IMG/VR virus record: IMGVR_UViG_3300034101_005931
Coordinates: 22,259-86,258 of that record
Strand: one strand, 5' to 3'
Length of the DNA: 64,000 nt
From: a virus
Shown: positions 18,324-28,073 of the stretch, piece after piece
Layout: the number at the start of each line of letters is the position of its first letter
Numbering within the stretch: the first letter of the stretch is position 1
Made by a program: the position numbers and the translations under genes
The notes under the pieces: model-generated
What the model was told of the DNA's origin: nothing
Databases searched by the model: none
What the model saw: only the letters and a program-made list of their open reading frames with translations

Positions 18324-18776
18324 GGGGGTGTACTGGTTTCGACCTGAAACAGAAACTAAAAACGCATGTAGAGGTTGGTCAGCTGGCCTCTTAAAAAGCA
18401 GACCGAAAAATTAAGAGCAGATAATACTGACTCCATCTTGGCTGAAGCCGAGTACATATTCAACAACGCTTCCGAGTTTCTCGGAGAGGTTGAAGAAGAG
18501 TATCTCTTAGCAGCTTAAGGTCCTTTAACTCAGACCCTCTAAGAGTTAATTGATAACAGAGGAAGTTAGATTGTTGGTAGTTCTAATGTAACAACAAAAT
18601 ATCAACCGTATATAGATTGCGATAATGTCTATAGGCAGACTAAAAACTCGGTTAGTGTCACCAAGCAGCCTAAAGTCTTCGTTACCGTATGGTGGCTGAA
18701 ATGCTGAAGATACTAAAACATGTAGACCTTTTAGTCTATGGATTCAGGGACAGGGGTTCAACTCCCCTCATCTCCA
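18324..18776 (+). ncRNA. ssrA: tmRNA; tag ADNTDSILAEAEYIFNNASEFLGEVEEEYLLAA
   Basis: 5' GGGGGTGTACTGGTTTCGAC; 3' GACAGGGGTTCAACTCCCCTCATCTCCA; G3:U70; tag ORF 18417-18518 ending LAA. Confidence 0.95.
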
Positions 18777-18787
18777 CTTTTTAACTA

Positions 18788-20494
18788 TTATCTACTAATC
18801 TCTTCCCAATCCATGGATGCAAACATTCCAGTTGTACCACTAGAACTATTAACAGCCGCAACTAATGTGAGTTCGTAAGGAGTGCTAGTAAAATAATTTC
18901 TTTCCAATTGAAATTTAAAGAGAGCTTCTTTTAGAATATCAACAGAAGGAGAACTTTGATTGTTGGAACTCACATACCCACTAGCTAAAATTCTTCCTCC
19001 TGAAAAACTTGTACCTGTGGTATTATATTGCACTGCACTATCTGGTCCAGCACTCAACCACTGTCCTCCTGTTGTTGTTCCAGATGCTATAACTTGCCAA
19101 TTATAGTTTTTACCATCCCCATCTCCTAAAATAGATAATGCTGTCAATATAATAATAGCATCTAATCTATCTGTTCTTAATTTAATTGAAATGATCGGAT
19201 AATACGTATTTGCAGCCGCAAAGGTTATTGGTGCATTAATTGGAATAGATATAGCTTGTTGTAATCCACGAAGTTCATAACCACCTTCAGATATTACAGT
19301 AGAACATACTTGTTTTAACGTTTTGGGAACGTTTGTTGCTGCCTTATTAGTGATCTCATATCTCAGAGGCAAAGATGCTGTAGTAATATAAGTTGAATCA
19401 ATAAGATTAGCATGATGGAATGAATGACAAACAATAAATTTACCATTGATAACAAACCCTGTTCTTACTGTTCCTACACCAAGCCATTCAATATCAGCCC
19501 ACAAAATTTGTGCTTTAGTAATATCTAAAGTAAATCCTGAAGGTCCAGTTCCATCTAACTTATCACCATTCCATGCTGATACAGGAACAATATTTTCTGA
19601 AGAAGGAGAACCATTAACTAATGTTCTTTCAACAAAGCTCATTACACCATCATTTAATTGAAAATAGATACCATTATCTTGTCCAAAGTACCCAACTCTC
19701 TGTCTCAAATTTGTAGCAGAAGAAGCCATGACAAATGTATTCATTACGAGCAATGACTTACCTGGTTGATAGGAAAATACTTTTGTTGTTTCTCTAATAA
19801 CAGAAGCACCTGATAACCCAGTTACATTCAGTTCCATCAACCCTTGATTTTGATTAAAGGTATATGAAGCGCTTACAGCAGTTAAAGATGCCCAAAGGTT
19901 ATTGTCTCTATATCTATGACTTGAATCAAATAAAGTCATAGGAGAAGATATTCTTAATCTTCCAAATGCATCAAGCTGAGTAGGTTCAGGTGTTGTTACA
20001 GCGTTGATGGTATTGAGAATATTGACAGCTGTGACTGGGTTGAGAACGGTAACCGCACCAGACACAGCTATTTTATTGTTTAATAAAGTATAGTATACAT
20101 CATCAACGGCAGATGCGGTATCAAATGTATTTTTCTCTAAGTCATCAACATATGTAGAAATACCAGAGAGCTGAAAACTTTGCAATAATGTAAAAGCATT
20201 ATTTGTTGATATTAATGTTTCTATCTCGTCTAACTCTATATTAACCTGACCAGCACTTAATGATACGCTAATATCTTCTGGATTTGTTATATGTGATAAA
20301 ACTGCGTATTTCGGGTAAATGTCTACAGCAGAGTATGTAGGATTGCCTGTATTAGCGGGAAAAGCTGCAGAATCGTCATAATAACCTATCCTTGTTACAG
20401 ATATAGCAGGAAATCTGCTATCATCTTGAATTTCAATAAATTTACTATATTCTACTGTTTTAGAGTTACGGATAATGTTAGGACTATTTGACAT
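18788..20494 (-). CDS. putative virion structural protein
   Basis: DAFGRLRISSPMTLFDS, YQPGKS, EWLGVG, WEE motifs of a widespread phage family; N-terminal domain paralogous to 17705. Confidence 0.75.
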   Translation of the reverse strand: MSNSPNIIRNSKTVEYSKFIEIQDDSRFPAISVTRIGYYDDSAAFPANTGNPTYSAVDIYPKYAVLSHITNPEDISVSLSAGQVNIELDEIETLISTNNAFTLLQSFQLSGISTYVDDLEKNTFDTASAVDDVYYTLLNNKIAVSGAVTVLNPVTAVNILNTINAVTTPEPTQLDAFGRLRISSPMTLFDSSHRYRDNNLWASLTAVSASYTFNQNQGLMELNVTGLSGASVIRETTKVFSYQPGKSLLVMNTFVMASSATNLRQRVGYFGQDNGIYFQLNDGVMSFVERTLVNGSPSSENIVPVSAWNGDKLDGTGPSGFTLDITKAQILWADIEWLGVGTVRTGFVINGKFIVCHSFHHANLIDSTYITTASLPLRYEITNKAATNVPKTLKQVCSTVISEGGYELRGLQQAISIPINAPITFAAANTYYPIISIKLRTDRLDAIIILTALSILGDGDGKNYNWQVIASGTTTGGQWLSAGPDSAVQYNTTGTSFSGGRILASGYVSSNNQSSPSVDILKEALFKFQLERNYFTSTPYELTLVAAVNSSSGTTGMFASMDWEEISR

Positions 20495-20699
20495 TTATTA
20501 AAATATTTATTTAACCCTCCTAGGTGAACCTCGTAAACTTCTACTAGTAAATACCTGAACATGCGGTTGGTTTTTTTCGTTTTTACGTTTTTGAAGCTGT
20601 TTGACAATAAACAACAAAAGAAAACTCGCAATTACAATTATAGAAGCTATAATAATTTCCATAGATAATTAATTACTCAGTAGTTTGTTTTAATCACGT

Positions 20700-21509
20700 A
20701 TGAAAGTTGCCTGTTGCTCTACTCTTAATGATTTATATTTTGAGGGATTTATTACATTTTATTATAGCTTAATTCATCACAACCCGGGGTTCAATTTACC
20801 GTATTATATTTTTACTTGGGGCGAGCTGTCTAATAAAAATATATCTAAATTAAAAGATATTTACGATAAGTTCATTATTAAAGATATACGTAATGAACAG
20901 TACGACGGTGTACAGTATAGTGAAAAATGGAGAACATGGAATATTAATTGCATTAATAGATTTGAAATTTTTACATTAGAAGAATATGATAGACTTATTT
21001 TCTTAGATGCTGATATGTTAGTTCTTGGTAATGTAAAAGAATTATTTGAAATTGATGTAGAGTTTGGTGCATGTACAATTGCACTAAATAGCGAAATAGA
21101 TCACCCGAGTAAGTATAATAAAGCTTTGAAATCTTTTGACGGAGGCCTGATGATAATTGGGAAAAAATATCTTTGTAAAAACACAGTAGAAGACCTGATT
21201 AAAATAGCTAAACAAAAGAAATGGACGAGTGATGAACCTATACTAAATGTTTTTTTTGATAATACTAAAACTACATTTTTACCTAAAAAATACAACACAC
21301 TCACAACAGAAATTACAAACGATAATTTAAAGGATAGTTTAATAATACAATACGTAGGAGTAAAAAAACCATGGCTAGGTAAAACACTAGAAGATAGACA
21401 TGATACTTTTAATTTACAAAGATTAAATAGCAGAACTCTAGCCATTAAAGTAGATATGTTATATCAATTATACTATAAAAAAGCTATAGCAGCATATGGA
21501 ATTGGATAA
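20700..21509 (+). CDS. glycosyltransferase family 8
   Basis: YDRLIFLDADMLV, FDGGLM, DEPILN, QYVGVKKPW. Confidence 0.9.
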   Translation: MKVACCSTLNDLYFEGFITFYYSLIHHNPGFNLPYYIFTWGELSNKNISKLKDIYDKFIIKDIRNEQYDGVQYSEKWRTWNINCINRFEIFTLEEYDRLIFLDADMLVLGNVKELFEIDVEFGACTIALNSEIDHPSKYNKALKSFDGGLMIIGKKYLCKNTVEDLIKIAKQKKWTSDEPILNVFFDNTKTTFLPKKYNTLTTEITNDNLKDSLIIQYVGVKKPWLGKTLEDRHDTFNLQRLNSRTLAIKVDMLYQLYYKKAIAAYGIG

Positions 21510-22347
21510 AAAAATAGCGTGTTGTTCTACACTTAATGATTTATACTTCGAGGGGTTTTTAACATTTTTCGAAAGTCTAAAGACACATAACCCAAAGTTT
21601 AATTTACCGTATTATATTTTTGCATGGGGTGATTTAAGTTCAAAAAATATTGAATATCTGCACAACCTATACACTAACTTTGAAATTAAAAATATTGATA
21701 ACACAAAATATGATGGTGTAAAATATAGTACAAGATTTCGTGATTGGAATATTAATTGTGTAAATCGATTTGAAATTTTGTCTCTTTCAGATTATGATAG
21801 AGTTATATTTTTTGATGTTGATATGCTTATTATTAAAAATCTCGACGAGCTTTTTCAATTTGATGGTGATTTCTGTGCTTGTGAAGAGCCTAAGGATATA
21901 TTAATTGATCATCCGGCTGTTTTTAATCAATCGTTGAAAACGTTTAATGGCGGTTTAATGCTTTTTTCGAAAAAGTATCTTAATAAAGAAACGCAAGACG
22001 GCTTAATAAGCATTGCCCTTCAAAAAAAATGGTCAAGCGATGAACCTATTCTCAATACGTTTTTTACAAATGATAAAGTTACATTTCTCCCTGACACATA
22101 TCTTGTTACTATGCATGGTATAACAGAGAAAACATTTTCTTCTGCCAAAATTTTACATTTCGTAGGCGAAAAAAAACCCTGGAATAAAGGAGGTTTACCC
22201 GACAAATATGACCGAAATTGTGTAAGAGGTTTGGTTGATAAAACCCTTTTATTTAAAGTTGATTTAAAATACCGACAATACTATAATAAGGCTATTAAAA
22301 AATTTAATGAATATAAAGAAAATTCTTGTAATTGTACCTCACGGTGA
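21496..22347 (+). CDS. glycosyltransferase family 8, tandem paralog
   Basis: FFDVDMLI, FNGGLM, HFVGEKKPW; colinear with the upstream gene. Confidence 0.9.
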   Translation: MELDKKIACCSTLNDLYFEGFLTFFESLKTHNPKFNLPYYIFAWGDLSSKNIEYLHNLYTNFEIKNIDNTKYDGVKYSTRFRDWNINCVNRFEILSLSDYDRVIFFDVDMLIIKNLDELFQFDGDFCACEEPKDILIDHPAVFNQSLKTFNGGLMLFSKKYLNKETQDGLISIALQKKWSSDEPILNTFFTNDKVTFLPDTYLVTMHGITEKTFSSAKILHFVGEKKPWNKGGLPDKYDRNCVRGLVDKTLLFKVDLKYRQYYNKAIKKFNEYKENSCNCTSR

Positions 22348-22960
22348 TGATGAAATATTACTATGTGGAGGAACGATTCATAAATTTGCGAAACAAGGAC
22401 ACGAGATACATATTGCCTTTGTTAGACAGCCACACGACGAAAGAACTGCAAAACAACTCGAAACAACGAAAAAAGTAAAAACGCATTTAAGAATAAAAGA
22501 AACGTACTACTTAAATTTAACTGAAGAGGAAACTGCAAATAATTTTCTTAAACTAAAATGCAAGGTAGAAGATGTTATAAGTACCATAAGACCTGAAATA
22601 ATCTTTACCACTTTCTACGGCGACAATCATCAGGATCATCAAAATTTATTTAAAGCTGTATCAGTAGCATGTCGTCATCATAATGCACCGTTTGTAAAGC
22701 AAATTTATGTAGGTGAGGTCTGCTCTTCTACAGAACAAAACATAGGTCCAGATAAGTTTAATCCAACTGTCTACATTCCTCTATCCATTGATGATATTAC
22801 TGCAAAAATATTAGCAATGGAAGCATATAAAACAGAGAGAAGAGATCATCCGCATGCAAGATCAGGAGAAAATATATCAGCTCTTGCAACGTTTAGAGGT
22901 GCACGTATTAATGAAAAATACGCGGAAGCGTTTATGTGTTTAAAGTTAGTTTGGGATTAG
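22307..22960 (+). CDS. PIG-L/LmbE family N-deacetylase
   Basis: PHGDDE and DNHQDH zinc motifs. Confidence 0.9.
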   Translation: MNIKKILVIVPHGDDEILLCGGTIHKFAKQGHEIHIAFVRQPHDERTAKQLETTKKVKTHLRIKETYYLNLTEEETANNFLKLKCKVEDVISTIRPEIIFTTFYGDNHQDHQNLFKAVSVACRHHNAPFVKQIYVGEVCSSTEQNIGPDKFNPTVYIPLSIDDITAKILAMEAYKTERRDHPHARSGENISALATFRGARINEKYAEAFMCLKLVWD

Positions 22961-23430
22961 AGTAGTGCTGCTTGAAAGTGCATCCAATCATAGTTTTTCA
23001 GTCTACCTAGACTGACCCACCCTTCACTTTCTACGATTTTCCAAAAAGCTTCATATTCCTTTTTCGCGAAAACAGCTCTATCTCTTCCCCACTTTAAACG
23101 GTTTCTATCTGGATCTAGATCTACAGCAGCGCCCCAAGAATGTATTGACCAAGCTGAACCTCCGCGCATTTTACGAACGTTAACACAACCACCAAAGCTA
23201 TTAAGTTTAAGCTTTTGAATATCTTTTAAACCATATGTTTTAAGGGTTTGTTCGAAAATAGTATGTAATGATTCTGCACATTTTTTATTACATGATATTT
23301 TTTTAACTTTAGCTGATTGATCCCATGCTAGATACATTTCATAAGGAAGTTGTATCTGTGTCATGTTTTCTCCGACAGGACCATAAAAGGCTGTCATTGA
23401 TGTAAATCCTTGTTTTGGCCACTTATTCAT
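22957..23430 (-). CDS. peptidase M15 family endolysin
   Basis: R..SIHSWGAAVDLD and DWMHFQ. Confidence 0.88.
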   Translation of the reverse strand: MNKWPKQGFTSMTAFYGPVGENMTQIQLPYEMYLAWDQSAKVKKISCNKKCAESLHTIFEQTLKTYGLKDIQKLKLNSFGGCVNVRKMRGGSAWSIHSWGAAVDLDPDRNRLKWGRDRAVFAKKEYEAFWKIVESEGWVSLGRLKNYDWMHFQAALL

Positions 23431-23893
23431 ATGGTTGTTCCTCTACCCACTCTATAGGTGCATAAGAGAGGTCATCTTTATACTTTTCAGCGTATATTTG
23501 TATAATTGTTTCTTGAACCTCTTCTTTTGCGTATTGTATTTCACCTTTTAATGCAGTGTTTGATTCTGTATTATATTTAAAATCAATGGCTGCTTGTAGA
23601 CCGAGATATGCAGATATAATGATTGCAAAAATTTTAATTGTTTCTACGAATATTGTCACAAATGGTGTGGTAATTGTTGGAAGCGGTGCTGTTAAAAATA
23701 AGATAAAAGTACTTACTCCAAAAAAAGCCAACAACATTAAGATGGAGCTAAAAACCACAAAAAACTTTTTACTTCTTAAGAAGTTAATAGACTTCATCTC
23801 TTCAATATATTGAAGAGGGGTGTTAGGTGGTACTTTATTGTGACTTAACATAGCCGCTAACGATTGTCCTATTAATGCTAGTCTATCCCACAT
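23423..23893 (-). CDS. holin-like two-TM membrane protein
   Basis: SKKF followed by two hydrophobic helices, YLGLQAAID; overlaps the endolysin start. Confidence 0.6.
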   Translation of the reverse strand: MWDRLALIGQSLAAMLSHNKVPPNTPLQYIEEMKSINFLRSKKFFVVFSSILMLLAFFGVSTFILFLTAPLPTITTPFVTIFVETIKIFAIIISAYLGLQAAIDFKYNTESNTALKGEIQYAKEEVQETIIQIYAEKYKDDLSYAPIEWVEEQPYE

Positions 23894-23928
23894 ATATAAC
23901 TATTTAGTCAAATGAATAAGTAATATTA

Positions 23929-24729
23929 ATGTACGGAAAACAGTATAATAGTGATTTAGAAGCTATTTATAACTATATGGTTCAACCTCAAGTTTTGTTG
24001 GAAAAATACTATAGTGATAAATTGCACGAGAGATTTTGGCAAAATAATGTTTTTGATTCTAATATACGAGAAAAACTATTACAGATTGCGAAAGATTTCT
24101 ATAATTCCTTTGATATTAATGTACCGGTAATAGATATACAACTAACAGGATCAATGGCTAATTACAATTATACGAAGTATTCAGATCTCGATGTTCATAT
24201 TATAATTGACTTTAAACAAATTAACCCCAACACTGATTTAGTTAAAAAAGCTTTAGACGGTGTTAGATTTATATGGAATTTGAGACACAATATAACTATG
24301 GGTGGTCATGATGTAGAATTTTATTTTCAAGATGTTAATGAGCAGCATACGGCTAGCGGTCTTTATAGCTTATTAAATGGAGAATGGATAAGAGAACCAA
24401 AGTATAGCCCACCTGAAATAGATGAACGCGATGTAAAGGTAAAATATGACGCTTATGTATCAGAAATAGAAAAACTTGCTAATAGAGTAAAAGCAAAAAA
24501 TCTTTCTCCTGAAGAGTATAAATCAATAACAGATCGCGCCTCTAAGTTGAAAGCAAAAATACATCAAGGAAGAAAAGATTGTTTATTAACAGGTAATGAA
24601 TTTTGTGTTGAAAACTTAGTATTTAAAGAATTAAGAAACTCTGATCTATTCGGTAAATTAATACAAATTGGTATTGACGCCTATGATAAGGCATATTCAG
24701 AAGACGAGCTTAATCGCCATGAATATTAA
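23929..24729 (+). CDS. Pol-beta-superfamily nucleotidyltransferase
   Basis: LTGSMANYNYTKYSDLDVHII; ENLVFKELR. Confidence 0.8.
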   Translation: MYGKQYNSDLEAIYNYMVQPQVLLEKYYSDKLHERFWQNNVFDSNIREKLLQIAKDFYNSFDINVPVIDIQLTGSMANYNYTKYSDLDVHIIIDFKQINPNTDLVKKALDGVRFIWNLRHNITMGGHDVEFYFQDVNEQHTASGLYSLLNGEWIREPKYSPPEIDERDVKVKYDAYVSEIEKLANRVKAKNLSPEEYKSITDRASKLKAKIHQGRKDCLLTGNEFCVENLVFKELRNSDLFGKLIQIGIDAYDKAYSEDELNRHEY

Positions 24730-24916
24730 AAGTGACAGTGGTCTTATGATATAGTTTACCTGTCGTAGGGTGTATTTGACATAATTCACCGCTATTTAAA
24801 AGTACAACATTGTAGCCGTTTTTGTCGTTTATTCTCTGATATAAGAGCTGACCAAATTCTTCCATTTCTAGAAAGAAAAAGTCACCTGGATAAATTTTGT
24901 CCCACGTTACTTTCAT
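24710..24916 (-). CDS. hypothetical protein
   Basis: MKVTWDKI...; promoter-like sequence upstream. Confidence 0.55.
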   Translation of the reverse strand: MKVTWDKIYPGDFFFLEMEEFGQLLYQRINDKNGYNVVLLNSGELCQIHPTTGKLYHKTTVTFNIHGD

Positions 24917-25009
24917 AACTTTTATTATAGTAAAAAAATTATAAATCTCAAGAAACAAACGAATTTATTAATCCTTCTGCTGCATTAGCTGTCAAAGTGT
25001 TTCAACAAA

Positions 25010-25516
25010 TTATAGGAAAAACCAAACAAGTGCAGCGAAGATAGCAGCTGCTCCTGCAGGTATACCGAGGTTATAAGGAGGAGGAGCTAAATTCATAAAC
25101 TGTAGACCCAATAAGACACCACCTGCTGCAGCAATAACAGCTGCAATAAGTTTGAGTCTATGATAACGTTTTACAGCATTATTGTATTTTTCCATGAACT
25201 TCTGAGCTTCTGCTTGCTGTATAACACCCCATTCTTTTAGAGCATCTGCGCTTTTCTGTACTTCAGCTGTTCTTGCTTCCGCTTGCTGTAATTTAACTGA
25301 TACATTAGATAGGTTTATTTTGAGTTTAGCATTTTCACTTTTTGCAGCTTTTAACTCAGCAGCTATACCTCTAACAAGCTCTCTTCCCTCGCTTATTGTT
25401 GGTTTAGGGATGGCTACCGGTGTAGGCTTTGGCTTTGGATCTTTTTTTCCAAAAGGCCATGCCATGGCACCTGATGTGATAGATAATAAAATTAAAATAG
25501 TTAAGTACTTTTTCAT
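25010..25516 (-). CDS. coiled-coil envelope protein (spanin-like)
   Basis: Signal peptide, long coiled coil, two C-terminal TM segments. Confidence 0.55.
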   Translation of the reverse strand: MKKYLTILILLSITSGAMAWPFGKKDPKPKPTPVAIPKPTISEGRELVRGIAAELKAAKSENAKLKINLSNVSVKLQQAEARTAEVQKSADALKEWGVIQQAEAQKFMEKYNNAVKRYHRLKLIAAVIAAAGGVLLGLQFMNLAPPPYNLGIPAGAAAIFAALVWFFL

Positions 25517-25517
25517 A

Positions 25518-25790
25518 TTAGTTAGATTCGATTATGTTTTTATTTGCTGATACTGTAGCTCCTTTCTCAATTTGAGCTAACAGTACATCAAGTCTTTCAG
25601 CTAGTGTTAATGCTTTATCGATCTTATAAGCAACTGCAGTATTTTGTTCGCCTGCTTCTTTCAAATCAGTTTTAGCATCAGTAAGAGATTGAATAACCTG
25701 TGCTGTTGAGACTGATGGTGGTGGTGCGATTTGTTTAGTGGCACAACCTGTAACAAATAGCAGACTAGCTACAATAAAATAATGTTTCAT
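25518..25790 (-). CDS. lipoprotein (o-spanin-like)
   Basis: Lipobox VTGC; next to the coiled-coil membrane protein, near the endolysin. Confidence 0.6.
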   Translation of the reverse strand: MKHYFIVASLLFVTGCATKQIAPPPSVSTAQVIQSLTDAKTDLKEAGEQNTAVAYKIDKALTLAERLDVLLAQIEKGATVSANKNIIESN

Positions 25791-25799
25791 TATTTGTAT

Positions 25800-25958
25800 T
25801 TATGAAAGCCGTGGTTGATTTCCACCTGTAGCAGCAGGAAGCATAGCTGTATTTGGCATCGATGCAGAGTCCTTTCTTACAGGCGTGAGTGTGCCCAAAA
25901 TTTCTTGTTTGCGCTTTTTTCTCTTAAGTTTTTTTAAATACTCTTTGAAAGACTGCAT
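25800..25958 (-). CDS. 52-aa basic protein with capsid-targeting-like N-terminus
   Basis: Hand-translated MQSFKEYLKKLKRKKRKQE... Confidence 0.55.
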   Translation of the reverse strand: MQSFKEYLKKLKRKKRKQEILGTLTPVRKDSASMPNTAMLPAATGGNQPRLS

Positions 25959-26137
25959 TATAGATACTTAGATTTTTTATGAAGAGATCTTAGCTTTCTT
26001 TTGCGTTTTAGTTGAGAATTTTCAAAAGTACGTCTTCTATAAACTTCTTCCATTGTTCCTTCAGTAAACAAGCGCGATTTGAGTCTCTTTAAAGTGTTGT
26101 CAATTGGTTCGTTATCTCGAACTCTTATTTCTATCAT
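25958..26137 (-). CDS. rpsU: ribosomal protein bS21 homolog
   Basis: Hand-translated MIEIRVRDNEPIDNTLKRLKSRLFTEGTMEEVYRRRTFENSQLKRKRKLRSLHKKSKYL. Confidence 0.85.
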   Translation of the reverse strand: MIEIRVRDNEPIDNTLKRLKSRLFTEGTMEEVYRRRTFENSQLKRKRKLRSLHKKSKYL

Positions 26138-26157
26138 AGATTATATACTTATACTTT

Positions 26158-26259
26158 TTAAGAATTCTTTTTATCATCTGTAAAGACAATAGAGAAGATA
26201 AAGAGACTGATAAACGTCGCGAATAAAGCAGTTAGTAATGCTGTAATTACTTTTATCAT
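26158..26259 (-). CDS. 33-aa membrane peptide
   Basis: MIKVITALLTALFATFISLFIFSIVFTDDKKNS. Confidence 0.5.
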   Translation of the reverse strand: MIKVITALLTALFATFISLFIFSIVFTDDKKNS

Positions 26260-26266
26260 AGGAAAA

Positions 26267-26840
26267 TTGGGTGTTTTATCGCAAATTGGACCATATCAGT
26301 TGCGTCTAACATGGCATCTAACTGACGGATATGCCCATTTAAGGGTTACATATAACGCATTTGTCAGTTATCAGAACACCTAACCTGTTGTAGTCTGAGT
26401 TTTTTAGTCACTATCGGACCATGGCTTTGTTCTTACTCAGCATAACCATTTCGCTCTATATTTTGGACCTCTGTTGAGGCTTATTCACAGTGGAACCATC
26501 TTAGATATCTCTAAGAAAGGAGGTAGAGTTGCATACCTTGTGTTAAGGTGATACGTTTTTATCGGGACGTCAAACACCATACCTTACCCGCATGTAGAAG
26601 CCAGGGCAAGTCACCCCTGCTTAGCCTAGATACCGACTCAACCCTCTCTAGGACTTCTTATATAGATCAGAGCTTATGACGCTGTTATTCTGATCTATGT
26701 CTTACAGATCCATCCTCATTTAATGCCGGTGCATGACTATGATGCGTTGGCCCGGATGGACTGCAGTTATTATTGAGCTAGGATTTGCCTTCCTTTGAGA
26801 GACTTATTTTAACGCATCGTCTTACTCAGTCTCAGCTCAA
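26267..26840 (-). ncRNA. large (~575 nt) structured ncRNA, family unassigned
   Basis: ORF-free, GC-richer island with many helices and a pseudoknot; own promoter and BoxA-like leader. Confidence 0.75.
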
Positions 26841-27077
26841 AAGGTTGTTAATTTTTCAAAGATCGTTTTTGATTATTTATAAAGTATATATTCTTTCTTA
26901 AGGAACTGCAATATTATTTTCTAGGAACGTAACTTTATAGTTTTGCTCTTCTTTCGGATAACAGTTGCGATATTTTTTAATATATGCTATAACTTCTTCC
27001 CATGTATTAAAAGGCGATAACATGACATCATACCAATAACCAGTAGAGGCAATCATTCTTTCAATTTTATACATGTT

Positions 27078-27386
27078 TTACAGTTCAATTGCGTTTTCGT
27101 TTTCAAACATGTCACGTTTAAAGTAGTAATCCTCTATTTGCTGCTCTGTGTAATCGATTTCACGCTCAATATCATCACGAGCATTATCAACAGCTTCACA
27201 AATAGGCTCTAAGGTATGACAAATAAACTTAAAATTAGTAAAATCACAAGCCCACGATACTTGTTCTTCAATTTTTGTACAGACCTCAAGCGCTTGTTTT
27301 AATTCTTTAATTTTTTTATTAGCCTGTATGAGATGGCAAGGATCATTATTCGAGGTCATCGTCTTCTTGGATACTGCCGGGTTCAT
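27078..27386 (-). CDS. hypothetical coiled-coil protein
   Basis: ORF in a minus-strand run. Confidence 0.55.
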   Translation of the reverse strand: MNPAVSKKTMTSNNDPCHLIQANKKIKELKQALEVCTKIEEQVSWACDFTNFKFICHTLEPICEAVDNARDDIEREIDYTEQQIEDYYFKRDMFENENAIEL

Positions 27387-27570
27387 ATACGTAGGTAATA
27401 CCGGTACGCTTTAGACCTTCTATCCGATCATAAAGACCCATCGCGACATCCCGGTCTTCACGCATTAAATGTATTAAACATTCTTTAGCGCGCTCTGTAA
27501 TACCAGGACCAGAACTTTCAGTTGTTTCAATAATATACTGCTTTACGATTTCTACTGCTGTTTTATTCAT
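27346..27570 (-). CDS. hypothetical protein
   Basis: ORF beginning MNK. Confidence 0.6.
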   Translation of the reverse strand: MNKTAVEIVKQYIIETTESSGPGITERAKECLIHLMREDRDVAMGLYDRIEGLKRTGITYVYEPGSIQEDDDLE

Positions 27571-27850
27571 ATTAATTTTTAATAAAGCTAATAATAAGGC
27601 TAGCTACACCAAACCAAAAAACAACTGTTATAAGTGAGATAACAAGCCATGCTGCAAACCGAATAACTCTATCTTTTGTTGACATAAATCTATAATATAT
27701 TATTCTGCAAGAACGTCAAGCATTTCCTGCTCGAGCTCACGCTCTGTTTTCAGCCTGTATTGCCCAGGTCTTACTTCTTTTACAATTCCTTCAGCAATCA
27801 TGTATTGCAATGTCTGCTGAACCGCTTCCCTTTTTTCTTGTTGTGTCATA

Positions 27851-28033
27851 TTAAAGCTTATGTGCTACGTAGCGATCAATTTGCTTAAAACACAGCAATT
27901 GATCAACCCACGTGCATTCTGTAAACCATACAATATTGTACCCTAATAGGGTCGGTGTATGTTTTTGCCTAGGCAAAACATTCTCTAGCCAAATAATTAT
28001 TGATTCGATAACGAACAATAAGAAGTTTTTCAT
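27851..28033 (-). CDS. hypothetical protein
   Basis: Follows a TTGACG-TTCC..TATACT promoter. Confidence 0.55.
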   Translation of the reverse strand: MKNFLLFVIESIIIWLENVLPRQKHTPTLLGYNIVWFTECTWVDQLLCFKQIDRYVAHKL

Positions 28034-28073
28034 ATTACTCTTTTAGTATATAGTATTTGAAAGGAACGTCAAG

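Noticed and set aside
26267-26840. RNase P RNA or self-splicing intron
   Set aside because: I could not find the RNase P GAGGAAAGUCC motif or a group II domain V, and no host gene is interrupted. A covariance search is still needed.
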